This document shows, piece after piece, positions 13,707 through 24,969 of a DNA stretch of 64,000 nt. Made by a program: the position numbers and the translations under genes. Where the stretch lies: NCBI GenBank assembly GCA_030704615.1, contig CM060734.1, positions 20,274,001-20,338,000 on the forward strand, given 5' to 3'. The notes beneath the pieces are model-generated. The model made no database searches and was not told the DNA's origin. It worked only from the letters and a program-made list of their open reading frames with translations. This DNA comes from Takakia lepidozioides. Its lineage: Eukaryota; Plantae; Bryophyta. The stretch's first letter is position 1; each line of letters opens with the position of its first letter.

Positions 13707-15989
13707 TCCCCCTCCTCAAGGGCCTGAATTGTGAGCAGTCGCTCCCAGGTTTCCTTCTAAAATAAATAATAAATTAAAAAAAATAAGTAGAAGTAAAAAA
13801 AAATCATTATCAGGACCAGGCTGCTATTAGGAAAAGTAATACCTGATATCTCCTTGGGAAAAGCTGGACGACTTTGCACAAGAGCAACTGAATCAAAAAT
13901 TATCAACTATTATCAACTACTTCCAGTTCGTGTAGTGCTCGTAATTCAGCGGACCGTGAAGATTCTGATGTTAACTGGTGCCACAATGGCACTCTTCGGA
14001 AGGGCAAATCAAAGGCTCACCTTTCATTCGACTCTTCCAAGCATTAGTCTCCTAGTCTTAAGCCTCCTTGGCTTTAGTCAGCTTCTTTCCTCCTTGCTTT
14101 AGATTCTTAGGCATTTGTCCCTCAATCTTCAGATCCCCACAGCTATAGAACCTGCTTTTCCATAGTTTCTTGCAGCACTTTTGGATTTTGGATACGGGGC
14201 AGTGACCATTTTCTCATCCTCATGGTTCGTTTCATGAGGTTATTTTTTCCTCATTCTCTCTCTTTATATTAATAAAATGGTCCAAGGCCTCTGTGAAGGC
14301 TAGATTCCTACCTGCTTGTTTTTTGGCATGGATGAATGACAACATGGATGAAGCGGGATGGTTATGCTCGTTAAGCGTAACGGATGGCGCGCGGGTCACT
14401 ACAACAGATTCCGGCTTTTACGTCTGCTATTTTTCAGTCATATCAGCCTTTTATGACTGCATGACTGCCCAGTCAGATAAACCCAGTTAGTTGTGACAAA
14501 TGAGTCGTAAGCGCCATACAGTCATATCTACCAGTCGTGGAGCTCACTGTTGACGTGGCAATGGGGACGCCTAATCATAGTCATTGATAAGACCGTAGTA
14601 AATGACTGCGAATCCATGTCAGCTTCACATGGAATGGAAAGGATATGCCACGTGTCACGTCATATGGAAGGCGACAGGATCTTCACGACTGGCATATACG
14701 ACATCCACGGATTAACCCCAGGACAACACGTGGAGAATACCGGGAACGGCACGTGGCATGACATGATGACTTCCGCAGATTAACCCCGTGGATTAGACTG
14801 GACATGACACGTGGCATGACAATATGGAGCGAGAGGGTCTTTCGTGACTCGCATGTATGACTTCGGACGTTTAATCCCAGGTCCACACGTGGAGTCAAAT
14901 TATGCAGGATGGGGGTGGGGTGGTCGTTATGACTGGAACATATGACTTCCTTGGCGCACTCTGGATATTGCACGTGGCACAAGTATGGGCGAACACGAGG
15001 GGTGAAAGTGGCACGTGGCGGAGGCTCTGTGGATGGGAGGTAGTCGTGTACATGACCGTAGCATTGAAACACGAAAGCATCATTGAAAACATACGAAAAC
15101 ACCATTGAAACATGAAAGCACATTTGAAATTGGAACATCGATTCAAATACAACGTGACTTAATGTTAAGAGATCCGTTCCATAATCTAATCCGGTGCTGC
15201 TACAAAAATGCACAAAACTGCAAAGTCTAAGTAGACTTCCAAATGCCTGAGCAGAAGATGCATACACTGGCTTGGCCGGACTTGGTCACCCACCTTCAAC
15301 TGCCATCCAGCCCGAAAACGACAGAAGATACATGAGCAAGCTTTCAGGCAATATAACAACAGCAACATTGACATATGTGAAACAAACTAACATCGCTAAA
15401 AATATGTCTAAGCACCATTACACAAACTCGATGTGTGCAAAATGGAAAATTGCAGGTAGGGAACAGTAGCATGAAATTCTTTACTGAACTGCAGCTAACA
15501 CCAGCAAATGCCAGTACGGTTGGATGAGAGCTCACTACACTTAATTCATGTTAGCCCTCCCCTGCCCCAAACTGTCTGACTGCCCATTCTTATGGCACTT
15601 ACACAGATTCTCTCTCAAGTATCACGAAGCTTTTATCAATAAGGAAGCCCCGAGTTACCCTATACATTTGAGAACTTAAAGTACTTAGCAGCACAACAAA
15701 CACAACTGCTGACCAATCAGATAAAATGTTCCGCGTAAGGGGCATTGGCTCCCAATATAACCACTAGGGATAACATGAACGTTATTTCTAATATCACGTA
15801 GCTATGGAGGAGGGATGAGAGAAAGAGAAACAACGGAGGTCGTGATGCTTACTGTGCATCTTCCTTCGAAGCAAAAGCTAAATGGTTGAACTTTATGCAT
15901 GGAATGACGCCACGACTGATAGCTCCATTCCCCGCAAGCTTCGATCAACCTGAAATGAAAACAGACGTGACAAAACCCAAGTTCATGCC

Positions 15990-16110
15990 ATTTGCCTCGG
16001 TTGTCCCACCATTTACTGGGGTCAGCAGAGTATTCATCCCACAGCTTTTCCTCATATCTATTACCTGTTTTTGGATACTTTCCTGTTGTCACATTGGCAG
16101 TATCATTTCA
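15990..16110 (-). pseudogene. Captured fragment with an OSB-type (organellar ssDNA-binding) PDF motif
   Basis: Translation KYPKTGNRYEEKLWDEYSADPSKWWDNR matches the PDF motif W...P..WWDNR. A diverged duplicate (KYPKTDNIDEEKL) lies at about 27990-28075, across the Gypsy insertion. Confidence 0.6.
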
Positions 16111-16224
16111 GAGTCATTCCAAACAAGATTCACTCAACCAGCTAACTTGCAGAATTCAACATGGAAATTTAGGGCCAATTCTGATAAGAAGGAAAAACAG
16201 GGTGAAATATATTGAAGAAGGTGC

Positions 16225-16551
16225 TGTCAAGTTATTTTACCACTAGTGTGAAACTAGCTAGGAAATAGCTAGCTTTTACATATTGACATTTGGGATTGGC
16301 CCAAGTGTCAATCCAGGGGTCAAGGCAGATTTAGGCCCTGGAGTGGTTATCTTCACGGCAAGCGTGGGAGGCTCATCTTTCTCGAGTTGAGCCTCACCGC
16401 GCCTAGCTATGGCGCCGTAGTGTGGATTCCCCATGGCGTGGGGTGCACTTGGCTTGACTTGTATTTGAGTGATGAGGTTATATATGCATGAGTTTATGCT
16501 TCAGCTTTGTGAGCTCGCATGAGCTTGTGCTTGTATTCTTCTTCTTTATCA
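16225..16551 (+). repeat. Terminal repeat A1 (327 bp)
   Basis: Identical by eye to 27183-27509. Confidence 0.95.
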
Positions 16552-16567
16552 CTCGAGAAAGATGAGC
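16551..16567 (+). promoter_or_regulatory. Putative self-priming site at the PBS position
   Basis: ACTCGAGAAAGATGAGC is the exact 17-nt reverse complement of 16371-16387 in repeat A; no TGG-type tRNA PBS is present here. Confidence 0.55.
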
Positions 16568-17229
16568 TCGTATCTATGAGTGCTAGATACGAGTTAGTTG
16601 TAGCATTTGTGGTTTTTGCCTTGAAAATGAGGGAAACCAAGTGTTATTCAAGGAGCATCGTGGAGCTCTTGGTTGTGTAGAAGCGGAGGCGATGTGGGTT
16701 ACGAGGTGTTAAACCTGGCATTCGATCTTCAGCTCAGAGATGAAAGCACCGCTGCAGGTAATTCCAGAGCACCTTGATGGTTTCAGATTGTGTACATGCA
16801 GCATGAGCAAGCACGATTGGGAAGAGGACCAGTCAAGAGCAGGTTATAGTGGCTTTGGTGGCAAAGCTGAGAACTGGACTTGGGAATGCGAGCTTTCATT
16901 GTGTGAAGGATTGCAAGACCAAGCGAAAGGGCTGATTTGCTTGGGGCAAATCAGTGCACTTTGTGGAGTATGGTGAGATTGGGTTTCAATCTCGAGCTTC
17001 AGCATTGAGAGGGCTCTTGTCATGGCAAGAGCAGGGCTGGAACAGGAGCTAAGAGGTGCGGCAAGGCCATGGAATGTGCACCTAGGGTTTCAGAGCTTGG
17101 AAGAAGAGCTCTTGCACCACAAGAGAGTGTCTTGTGGCTGGAAATGTAAGCCTTAGGGTTTCAGGAGCTTGGCAAAGGCTATGGAGTGCTTAGTCTTGTC
17201 TTAGAGAGCATCAAGGAGCCAAGGAGCCA

Positions 17230-17720
17230 AGATAGGGGGCTGATATCTCTTGTGTGAAGAGGTTGCATGTGTGGAGCATGTATTCAGCTCATTGAAGCTT
17301 CCATCTTCAAGCTTGGGGGCAAGCAAGGAAGAGGGAAGGGCTGACTTCCCTTATGTGAGGGCAATGTATGTGTGGAGCATGCTATCAGCCTGGTGAAGGC
17401 TTGCACTTTAGGTGGGAGTGCAAGAAAGGAAGGAAGGGGCTGGTTTCCCTGTAGGGCATGTAGAGCATGCTTTCAGCCTGCTGAAGCTTGTATTTTCAGG
17501 TTTGTGGGTGCAAGAAATGAAGCAAATGAGCTGATTCTCTTATGGTGAGAGTGGGGCATGTGTGGAGCATGCCTTCAGCCCATTGAGGCTCTTGTTTTCA
17601 AGCTTTAGAGAGCTAGAACGGAAGGTCTAGGGCTGGTTTCACTTGGAGTGAAAGAACAGCACTTGTAGGGCCTATGTGAGTTGGGGTTTCAACTTCAAGC
17701 TTGAAGGAGCGCAACTCTTG
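17230..17720. repeat. Degenerate ~80-100-bp tandem repeats in the Gypsy 5' region
   Basis: Recurring GCATGTGTGGAGCATG...TTCAGC...TGAAGCTT...AAGGGCTG units. Confidence 0.6.
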
Positions 17721-18074
17721 AAGCAACAGGTGTAGAGGGGCTGGAATAGGCTCTAAGACAGATGCTATGGCCAAGAGAGTGCTTGAATGAGTGCTCACAA
17801 GGGCTGGGAACCAGCAGGGCTTGGTTGTTTGCCATTGAGTTTAGTGGCGTGTTTGGGGAGGCTAAGTGAGAAAGAAGGCTTGGTTTGTGGCAACCACCTC
17901 ATGCTTAGGGCTACTATGGTGGTGTGTGGGAGCCGAAAGAGCAAGGATACCTTGCTGATTTCCTCACAGCCACCATAGCTCGGTGGAAAGAAGCCTAGAG
18001 TCCAAGAGACACAAACCCTAGCTTGGCGTGGCTAAACCCCTTGGAGAAATGGCTAAACTTCCAGAGCGGCCATG

Positions 18075-18720
18075 GTGGGGCTGTGACAGGCTGTGGCAAG
18101 CTTCACGGGCTGTGTCAGGCTGTGACGGGCGTAGGGGGCTGTGACAGGCTGTGCCCTGTGCCCTGTGGCAGTGACGGGCTGTGACAAGGCTGCGGGCGAG
18201 CTGTGACAGGCTGTGCCCATGGCCTTTGGGGCTGTGACGGGCTGTGACAGGCCGGCTGCGGCCTTTGAGGCTGTGACGGGCTGTGAGGGGCTGTGACAGG
18301 CGTGCCCATGGCCTTTGGGGCTGTGACGGGCTGTGAGGGGCTGTGACAGGCCGGCCTGAGGCTTGGGGCTGTGACGGGCTGTGAGGGGCTGTGACAGGCT
18401 GTGCCCATGGCTTTGGGGCTGTGACGGGCTGTGAGGGGCTGTGACAGGCCGTGCTGAGGCCTTTGGGGCTGTGACGGGCTGTGAGGGGCTGTGACAGGCC
18501 GTGCCGCCCTGAGGCCTTGAGCTGTGACGGGCTGTGATGGGGCTGTGATGGGCTGTGACAGGCTGTGCCCGTGCCTGTGGGGCTGTGACGGGCTGTGACA
18601 GGCTGTGACAGGCGTGCCCAGTGGCCTTTGAGGCTGTGACAGGCTGTGAGGGGCTGTGACAGGCTGTGCCCAGTGGCCTGTGGGACTGTGACGGCTGTGA
18701 CCAGTGAGCTGTGTGGGCCT
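18075..18720. repeat. GGCTGTGAC(G/A) minisatellite in the Gypsy leader
   Basis: Dozens of 10-bp GGCTGTGACG/GGCTGTGAGG units grouped into ~55-60-bp higher-order units. Confidence 0.9.
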
Positions 18721-19430
18721 GTGCTGGTCTGTGGTGGCCCGTGTTGACCTGTGGACGGCCTGTGCTGACTCGTGGAGGCACTGGTGGACTGCCTAAGGAC
18801 TGGCATGTGGTCTGAAGGCCGAATTTTGAAGCTCGTGGAGGGCGGTTTGAGGAGTATCTTCATGATATTCCCATGGTCATGCAAGTGAGGGTAGAGAGGA
18901 GAGGCAGAGTGTTGGGATGAGAGCATGCTGGGGTTAGGCATTGCTTTAGCTTCTCTTCCTCGTAGTTCCACCTCTCATTAGGCCAAGACCTTTCCGTAGG
19001 TGGAGGCAAGAGTCAGTCCGGGTTTGGGCTGGGGTGTCCTTGCAGGAGCAACACCGTGGAGTTGTTTTTGGTGTGGGGAGTTGTCGATGATTTCTTGTGT
19101 TTGGATCCCCTCCATACCTGCATGCTTGACTGTGCGCCATGCTAGTTTTGTGTGGGCGCTTGTTTTTATAGGTGATTGGTCCGGATTTGATCACCGGCCA
19201 GTCCTAGAGCATGCTGTCGATGGTGAGGCTGGGTGATGACCAGCCAGACCATCATTGTTTCTCCTGTGGTGAGGTGGAGGTGATGACCAGCCAACCATAG
19301 GAGTGCTTGCGGTGGATGCAGGTACAGGTGTAGGCTATGTTAGGAACTTAGTATTCCAAACCATAAGCCGCAACAGGTTCTCTACCCGGTTACCTTGTGG
19401 AGAGGGGGTTAGGGACATGTTCATGACCGG

Positions 19431-20995
19431 TTGAGTGTCAACACGGAGGTGCCACTAGTTGCTGGGGACAGTGCCGGTTCGAGCACTAGCGATACTAGTG
19501 GGTACACGAGACGAGGTGTGCGGTTTAGGCCACCTTCACCTCCTGTGTCTTCCACGGAAGGTTCTGATTCGGATTGTGAATCAGGAGGACTCATACCGGC
19601 GGTGCAAGTTGTTTCTTTGCCATTGTTGTGGGACACAATGGAGGAGATGTATGGAGCTACCAAGGGGCCACGAAGGTACTCTGGGCGGTGGGCACCATCG
19701 AGTTGGATGATTTTATCCAAGAGTTTGATAGTTGGTGTGATTTGCAGCAAATGCGCAATCCACAACTATTTACGCCTTTCATGGCATGGAAGGGGCTGTT
19801 TCAGCACCTTGAGGGGCCGCCTATGGATGATTACCATGAGTTCAGGCGGGGGCATGAGGTTGAGATCGAGGAGTGGAGGATGTACTGGTCACCCGACTAT
19901 GTCTCCATCACTAGGGGCACTAGAGCCACGAGGGCAGTGGCTACACCTGCCGCTGCACCGGCAGCTTCAGCAAGCAGCAGTGGGACTGGTGGTACAGTAG
20001 CTACGACGTCCACCCAAGCCACTACCGCACCAGCACTAGCCCGTGCCTGCCTTCAACCCTGTTGTGGAGTTCTTCGAAGAGTTGAGAGGGAACTACCAAG
20101 GGGTGAGGACAGAGAAGTTGCGGAGCTTGCAAGAGTTCCAACGGAAGCCGACCGAGAGCTTGAGGGAGGCTTTCACTCGCATGAGGCGCTTGATAAATGT
20201 AACCCAAGGGGTTACGGAAGCTCAGGCAGTCCAATTCTGGTATGGGATATTGGACAAGGAGCTGAGGAGAAGGGTGCGGGATGCAACTCTCCTACAAGCG
20301 GCCCAACCCACCTTAGCAAATGTGTTTTTGCTGGCAGAGCGGATAGAGCTCAACATGGTGGAGGAACGAGTGGTCATGGTGGGATTTGCTAAGGAGACAC
20401 CACGGGGTAGTGGTGCTCCTAGCCAACCACTACCTCAACGTGCTCAAGGCAACAAAGGGGCTCAGGTGAAGCTCAGGGAAGGGCAGAGAGGACCTCAGAT
20501 GCAGGGGTCTCTCCCTTCATTTGCTGGCCAACAACGGGCGGATGTGGTGTGCTGGACATGTGGAGGACCCCATGTCAAGAAGGATTGCCAGAGGGAGGCA
20601 AAGGGTCGGCACATGCACAGCCTGCACAGTTGCAGTGTGGGCATTGTGGCAAGCACGGGCATGGAGAGGCCCAGTGTTATGGTTTGCATCCTGAGTTGCG
20701 CCCAGGCCAGTTCCAAGGGAACAATGGTGGCCGGGGGCGAGGTGGAGCAGCCCAGAGAGGACGAGGTGGCCAGCCACGAGGTGCAGGCCAAGGGCAAGCT
20801 CAACGTGGCCAAGGACGCGGAGGTCAGGGTGTTGACCAAGGCATGGCCAACCGGCTTCAGCAGCTAGAGCAGAGGCTCGCTGCCATGGCTACAGCTCAGG
20901 TGGTACCGGCTCTAAGGCCGGATGGTCACCTCCTGCTCCTGAGGGAGGAGATATGGGAGGCATGGGATTCATGTGTGGAGCAGCACTACCACTAG
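19431..20995 (+). CDS. gag: Gypsy gag with two CCHC-type zinc knuckles (frameshifted in this sequence)
   Basis: Overlapping ORFs 19431-20000, 19628-20392, 20043-20867 and 20549-20995; gag-like QKPTESLREAFTRM region; knuckles CWTCGGPHVKKDC and CGHCGKHGHGEAQC. Confidence 0.8.
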
Positions 20996-22340
20996 TGCAG
21001 GTGGAGTCTGCTGCAGCCGTGACTCGAGGAGCAGCACGAGTTCCTGAGCCACGAGGTGCAGAGGTGGAGTTGGATCCACAGCGTGGGGAGGCAAGCCGTC
21101 AGGCTAGGCTTCCTCAGTCATTCACATTGGCGGAGACAGTGTCGACGCCATCCATGGCACCTAGTTCTCGCCCGACTGTTACCGAGGCGGAGGTTACTAT
21201 GCCATTGGGGAGAGCTACACGGGTAGCACCACTACCTAGTGTTGCCAAGGCTACGGCAGCTAGTGTGCTGTTAGGAGCGGCCACATCTGTGTGCCAGGCT
21301 CCATTGTTCTCGGCTACCATGATTGCGACGCCGGGGATAAGACCAGCTGAGGTGTTCAGGCTGGCAGCTACACTCTGTGAGAGTGGGGAGGTTACTTCAT
21401 CTTCTGCGGAGATAGTGGGAGGTGTAGTGCCGGAGGGATCCTCGGATTTGAGGGTCAAGACTGCCACGGCGGCGCCATGGCAAGCTGCAGCTGCCAGGTT
21501 GATGGAGCTGCCAGCTAGGCCAGCCATTGAGCGCGCCATGGTGACACCTGGAGTTGTCATGTTAGACAACCAGGATGGCATTTTCTGTTTGAGTGGACCG
21601 GCAGGCAAGAGGTACCGGCCACTGCGGGTCTTGTTGGACTCGGGAGCTCAACCATTGATGCTGGGCAGAGCTGCTATTGCAGGCTTGGGCCTCACGGAGG
21701 CGGATATGGAGCCTTGTCCTTTCCAGATACAGACGTCTCTGGGAGGATCGGAGCAGGCTCGGGGCATGACACGGCGTGAGTTGGCTATCAGACTACGGCC
21801 GGATCACCCTACAGATGGCTCAGTGATGCGAGCCAAGGCCATTGTGACAGACGCAGTCTCATACGATGTCCTGGTTGGTGGGGCAGTGTTGTACCCCATG
21901 GGCTTCACCCTGGATTTTTGGGAGGAGTCAGCTTCCTATAGGCCTGCATGGCAGTCAGGGGAGGGCCGGCGTGTGCAGCTCCCTGTGACGTTCATAGGAG
22001 GAGTTGCGGTTGCCCAGCGAGGCAAGATGCCGACACTAGCAGCATTCACAGCGGCAGTGAGTTGGCCTAGAGAGTTGCTTGAGGGCAATGCTCATTCAGA
22101 GGATGTACCACCTCCGGGAGAGCAGGATGACATGTATGGTATGGCGGAGTTGCCTACCATGGTTGCTCAGACTCCATTGTGGGGCACGAGCAAGGATTTG
22201 CAGCGGGATGCTGATCGACGGGTGCAACAAGCCTGGGTGGAGGCTTTTGTACCGTCAGGAGAGGAGGAGAGTGTGGGGATTGCACCAGGACCACCTCAAT
22301 TGTCTCCATTGGACACCACACCTATTGTGTGGCAGTCTCC
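20953..22340 (+). CDS. Gypsy aspartic protease region
   Basis: Active-site motif VLLDSGAQ (Asp codon 21637-21639) and downstream YDVLVG motif. Confidence 0.85.
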
Positions 22341-22344
22341 GGAT

Positions 22345-23310
22345 GAAGGCATTTGTCTTCTGGACTTGTTTGGCGGGATCAGCACCGGATTGGCTGCTGT
22401 GTTACAGGCAGGTGTACGAGTTCGGCGTTACCTGTATGTGGAGAGGGATGAGACTGCACGACGCGTTTCACTTCGCCATGTTGCTCAGTTGGTGCAGCGG
22501 TACCCTGAGTTGTTGTCGGTGTCTGCAATTCGTGGATATCAGCAGGCCTTGCCAGCAGACATTTCGTTGCTGGGGGCGCAGGATTTGGAGCGGGTTGGCT
22601 CCATTGATCTGGTAGTGGCAGGTTGGCCCTGCCAAGGGCATTCATCAGCCGGGCATGGCAATGGATTGCGAGACTCGAGGTCGGGTCTGTTTTGGGAGAT
22701 GGTACGGGGTTTTGCGCCACTTGCAGCTTCATCAAGCTGTATCTCCAGCATACATCTTGGAGAATGTGCCACTGATGGGCGATTCTCGGGCCAGGGTGAT
22801 GGCCAGTGTGCATCAAGTCCGGTCGTGGCTTGGGTCAGCAGTGTTGCTAGATGCAGCTACAGTGGGGTCACGGGCTCATCGTCCACGGCTATGGTGGACT
22901 AACATGATGCCACCCGCACTGCTCAAGCGTGCATTTGATGGGGTGCAGCGGCCAGCACATCTCACAGTGGATAACATTCTGGACACAGGGAGGCAGTCTC
23001 AACGTGTGAGACACGATGACCGTTCGCCTTTGGCAGTGGTCAACAAGGTGGGTCAACCACGAGCAGCATTACCTACACTGCTCAGCCTCCCAGGATCGCA
23101 TGCTTTCCGGGATAGTGGACCTGGCCTCCTGTGGGATGCTCAGTTGCAGCAGTTAGTGGAGCCTAATGCTGACGAGCGTGAGCGGGCAATGGGTTTTACC
23201 ACTGGTACCACGGCGGTGTCGTCTCTTTCTGAGGCATCACGTCGTCAAGTGTTGGGGCAAGCAATGGATCTCAATTGCTTGACCTGGATTATCAGCTTGG
23301 CTCTAGCTGA
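22345..23310 (+). CDS. C5-cytosine DNA methyltransferase domain (DNMT3-like motifs) inside pol
   Basis: Motif I LDLFGGI (22360), YVE, motif IV DLVVAGWPCQ (22621), motif VI ENV (22760), motif VIII AHRPRLWWTN, motifs IX/X ERERAMGF...RQVLGQAMD. One frameshift near 22705 between ORFs 20953-22902 and 22655-23599. Confidence 0.92.
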
Positions 23311-23599
23311 GCAACGCAGAGTGCGGAATACACTTCCCTCAATGGTCTCTCTGCCTACCGAGACGGTACAGGCAGTGAGTGGGGGCGAGCATATGAGGAC
23401 CACGGGGTGCATGCATCCATGGCACACGTGGGAGGTGCTCGAGGTTCAGAGGGAGTTGGCAGCCAAGGCGGCTGTGATGGATGAGGTTGGGGATTCTTCT
23501 CGAGTTGAGGAGGTCCTCAAGGATGAGATGATGGGGCAGGATGATGCCTTGTCATTGACTGAGCAGGTAGGGAGTACTGCTCAAGAGGTTGCAGCATAG

Positions 23600-24969
23600 C
23601 AACCACGGGACGCGTCCTCTACCTCTAAGCCCACTGGACTTAAGGTTGTAGTTACGGAGGACAATTGGGAGCCTGACATTGGACCCATTGTCACCGGAGG
23701 AGAGAGACGACGTATACGGCGGTTCCTGAGGGCTTACAGGAATTGCTTTGCCTTCAGTTTGAAGGACTTGGGAGCACTGAAGGGTCAAGAGATCCGTATT
23801 GAGTTGGCCACTGACACGCCAATCTTTCGGAGACCCTATAGATACAGTGACATGGAGAGGTCTTTGATTCAGATGAGGACTCAAGATCTCTGGAGGCAGG
23901 TTTGGTGGAGCTCTCTGGTGGAGAGTATGCTTCAGCCACAGTGATGCCAGCCAAGAAGGATGTCTATGGCAATTGGACGGAGAGACGTATGTGCGGTGAT
24001 TACCGGCCTGTAAATCGTCAGACCAAGTCCGATAAGTATGCCATGCCAACACCAGAGGAGATCTTTGATGCCATCGGGCATGCTAAGGCCTTTAGCACTT
24101 TGGATTTACGATCCGGATATCACCAGTTGCCAATCAAGGAGGCGGACAAGCAGAAGACGGCATTCTGGGGGATCAATGAGCACGGCAAGGATTGCCTATA
24201 TCAGTGGCGGTTCTTACCATTTGGGCTTAAGAATGCTCCTGCAGAGTTTCAGAGAGTCATGGATAGGATTCTAGCAGGGGTGGACTTTGCTCGGTGCTAC
24301 ATAGATGACATCATCATCTTTAGTGTTACGATGGAGGAGCATGAGAGACACCTTCAGGTGGTATTGGAGCGCTTGAGAGCGCACGGATTGAAGTTGCATC
24401 CGGGGAAGTGCAAGTTTTTCCACAACCAGATTGAGTATCTGGGTCACATGATATATCCTGGAGGATTGGGGGTACAGCAGACTAAGGTAGAGGCCATTGC
24501 ACAAATTCCACGCCCCACGGATGTGAGCCGAGTTCGAGCTTTCATGGGGTTGGCAAACTATTATAGACGGTTTGTCAAGGGATTTAGTACCATTGCAAAG
24601 GCTCTAACCAAGCTGACCAAGGTGGACCAGGAGTGGCAGTGGGAAGATGAGCAGGAACGAGCTTTTCAAGAGCTCAAGGCGAGGTTGACCTCGGCGCCTA
24701 TCTTGAGACGACCTATCAGGGGGCGTCCCTTTCAGCTGCATACGGATTGGAGCATGCTGGGGCTTGGAGCGGTGCTCACACAGGTGGATGATGAGGGAAG
24801 AGAGTTCGTAGTGGCTTACGCTAGCCGCTCGAACAACGCTGCAGAGGCTAAGTACAGCTCATATGAGGGAGAGTGCTTAGCTGCAGTGTGGGCCGTGGCA
24901 CACTTCAGGTGCTATCTATACGACAATCTTTTCACCTTGTCACGGATCACCAGCCACTCAAGTGGTTGA
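23600..24969 (+). CDS. pol: Reverse transcriptase and RNase H
   Basis: [29 protein letters not shown] (24298-24309); RNase H HTDWS...GAVL and YSSYEGECLA. Frameshift near 23890. Confidence 0.95.

Noticed and set aside
18018-18971. 317-aa and 242-aa minus-strand ORFs
   Set aside because: They are open only because the GGCTGTGAC minisatellite lacks stops in these frames; translations are repetitive in all frames.
22345-23310. Bacterial contamination or restriction-modification gene
   Set aside because: The domain is fused in frame to the retroelement protease, inside a TSD-bounded element among spliced plant sequences.
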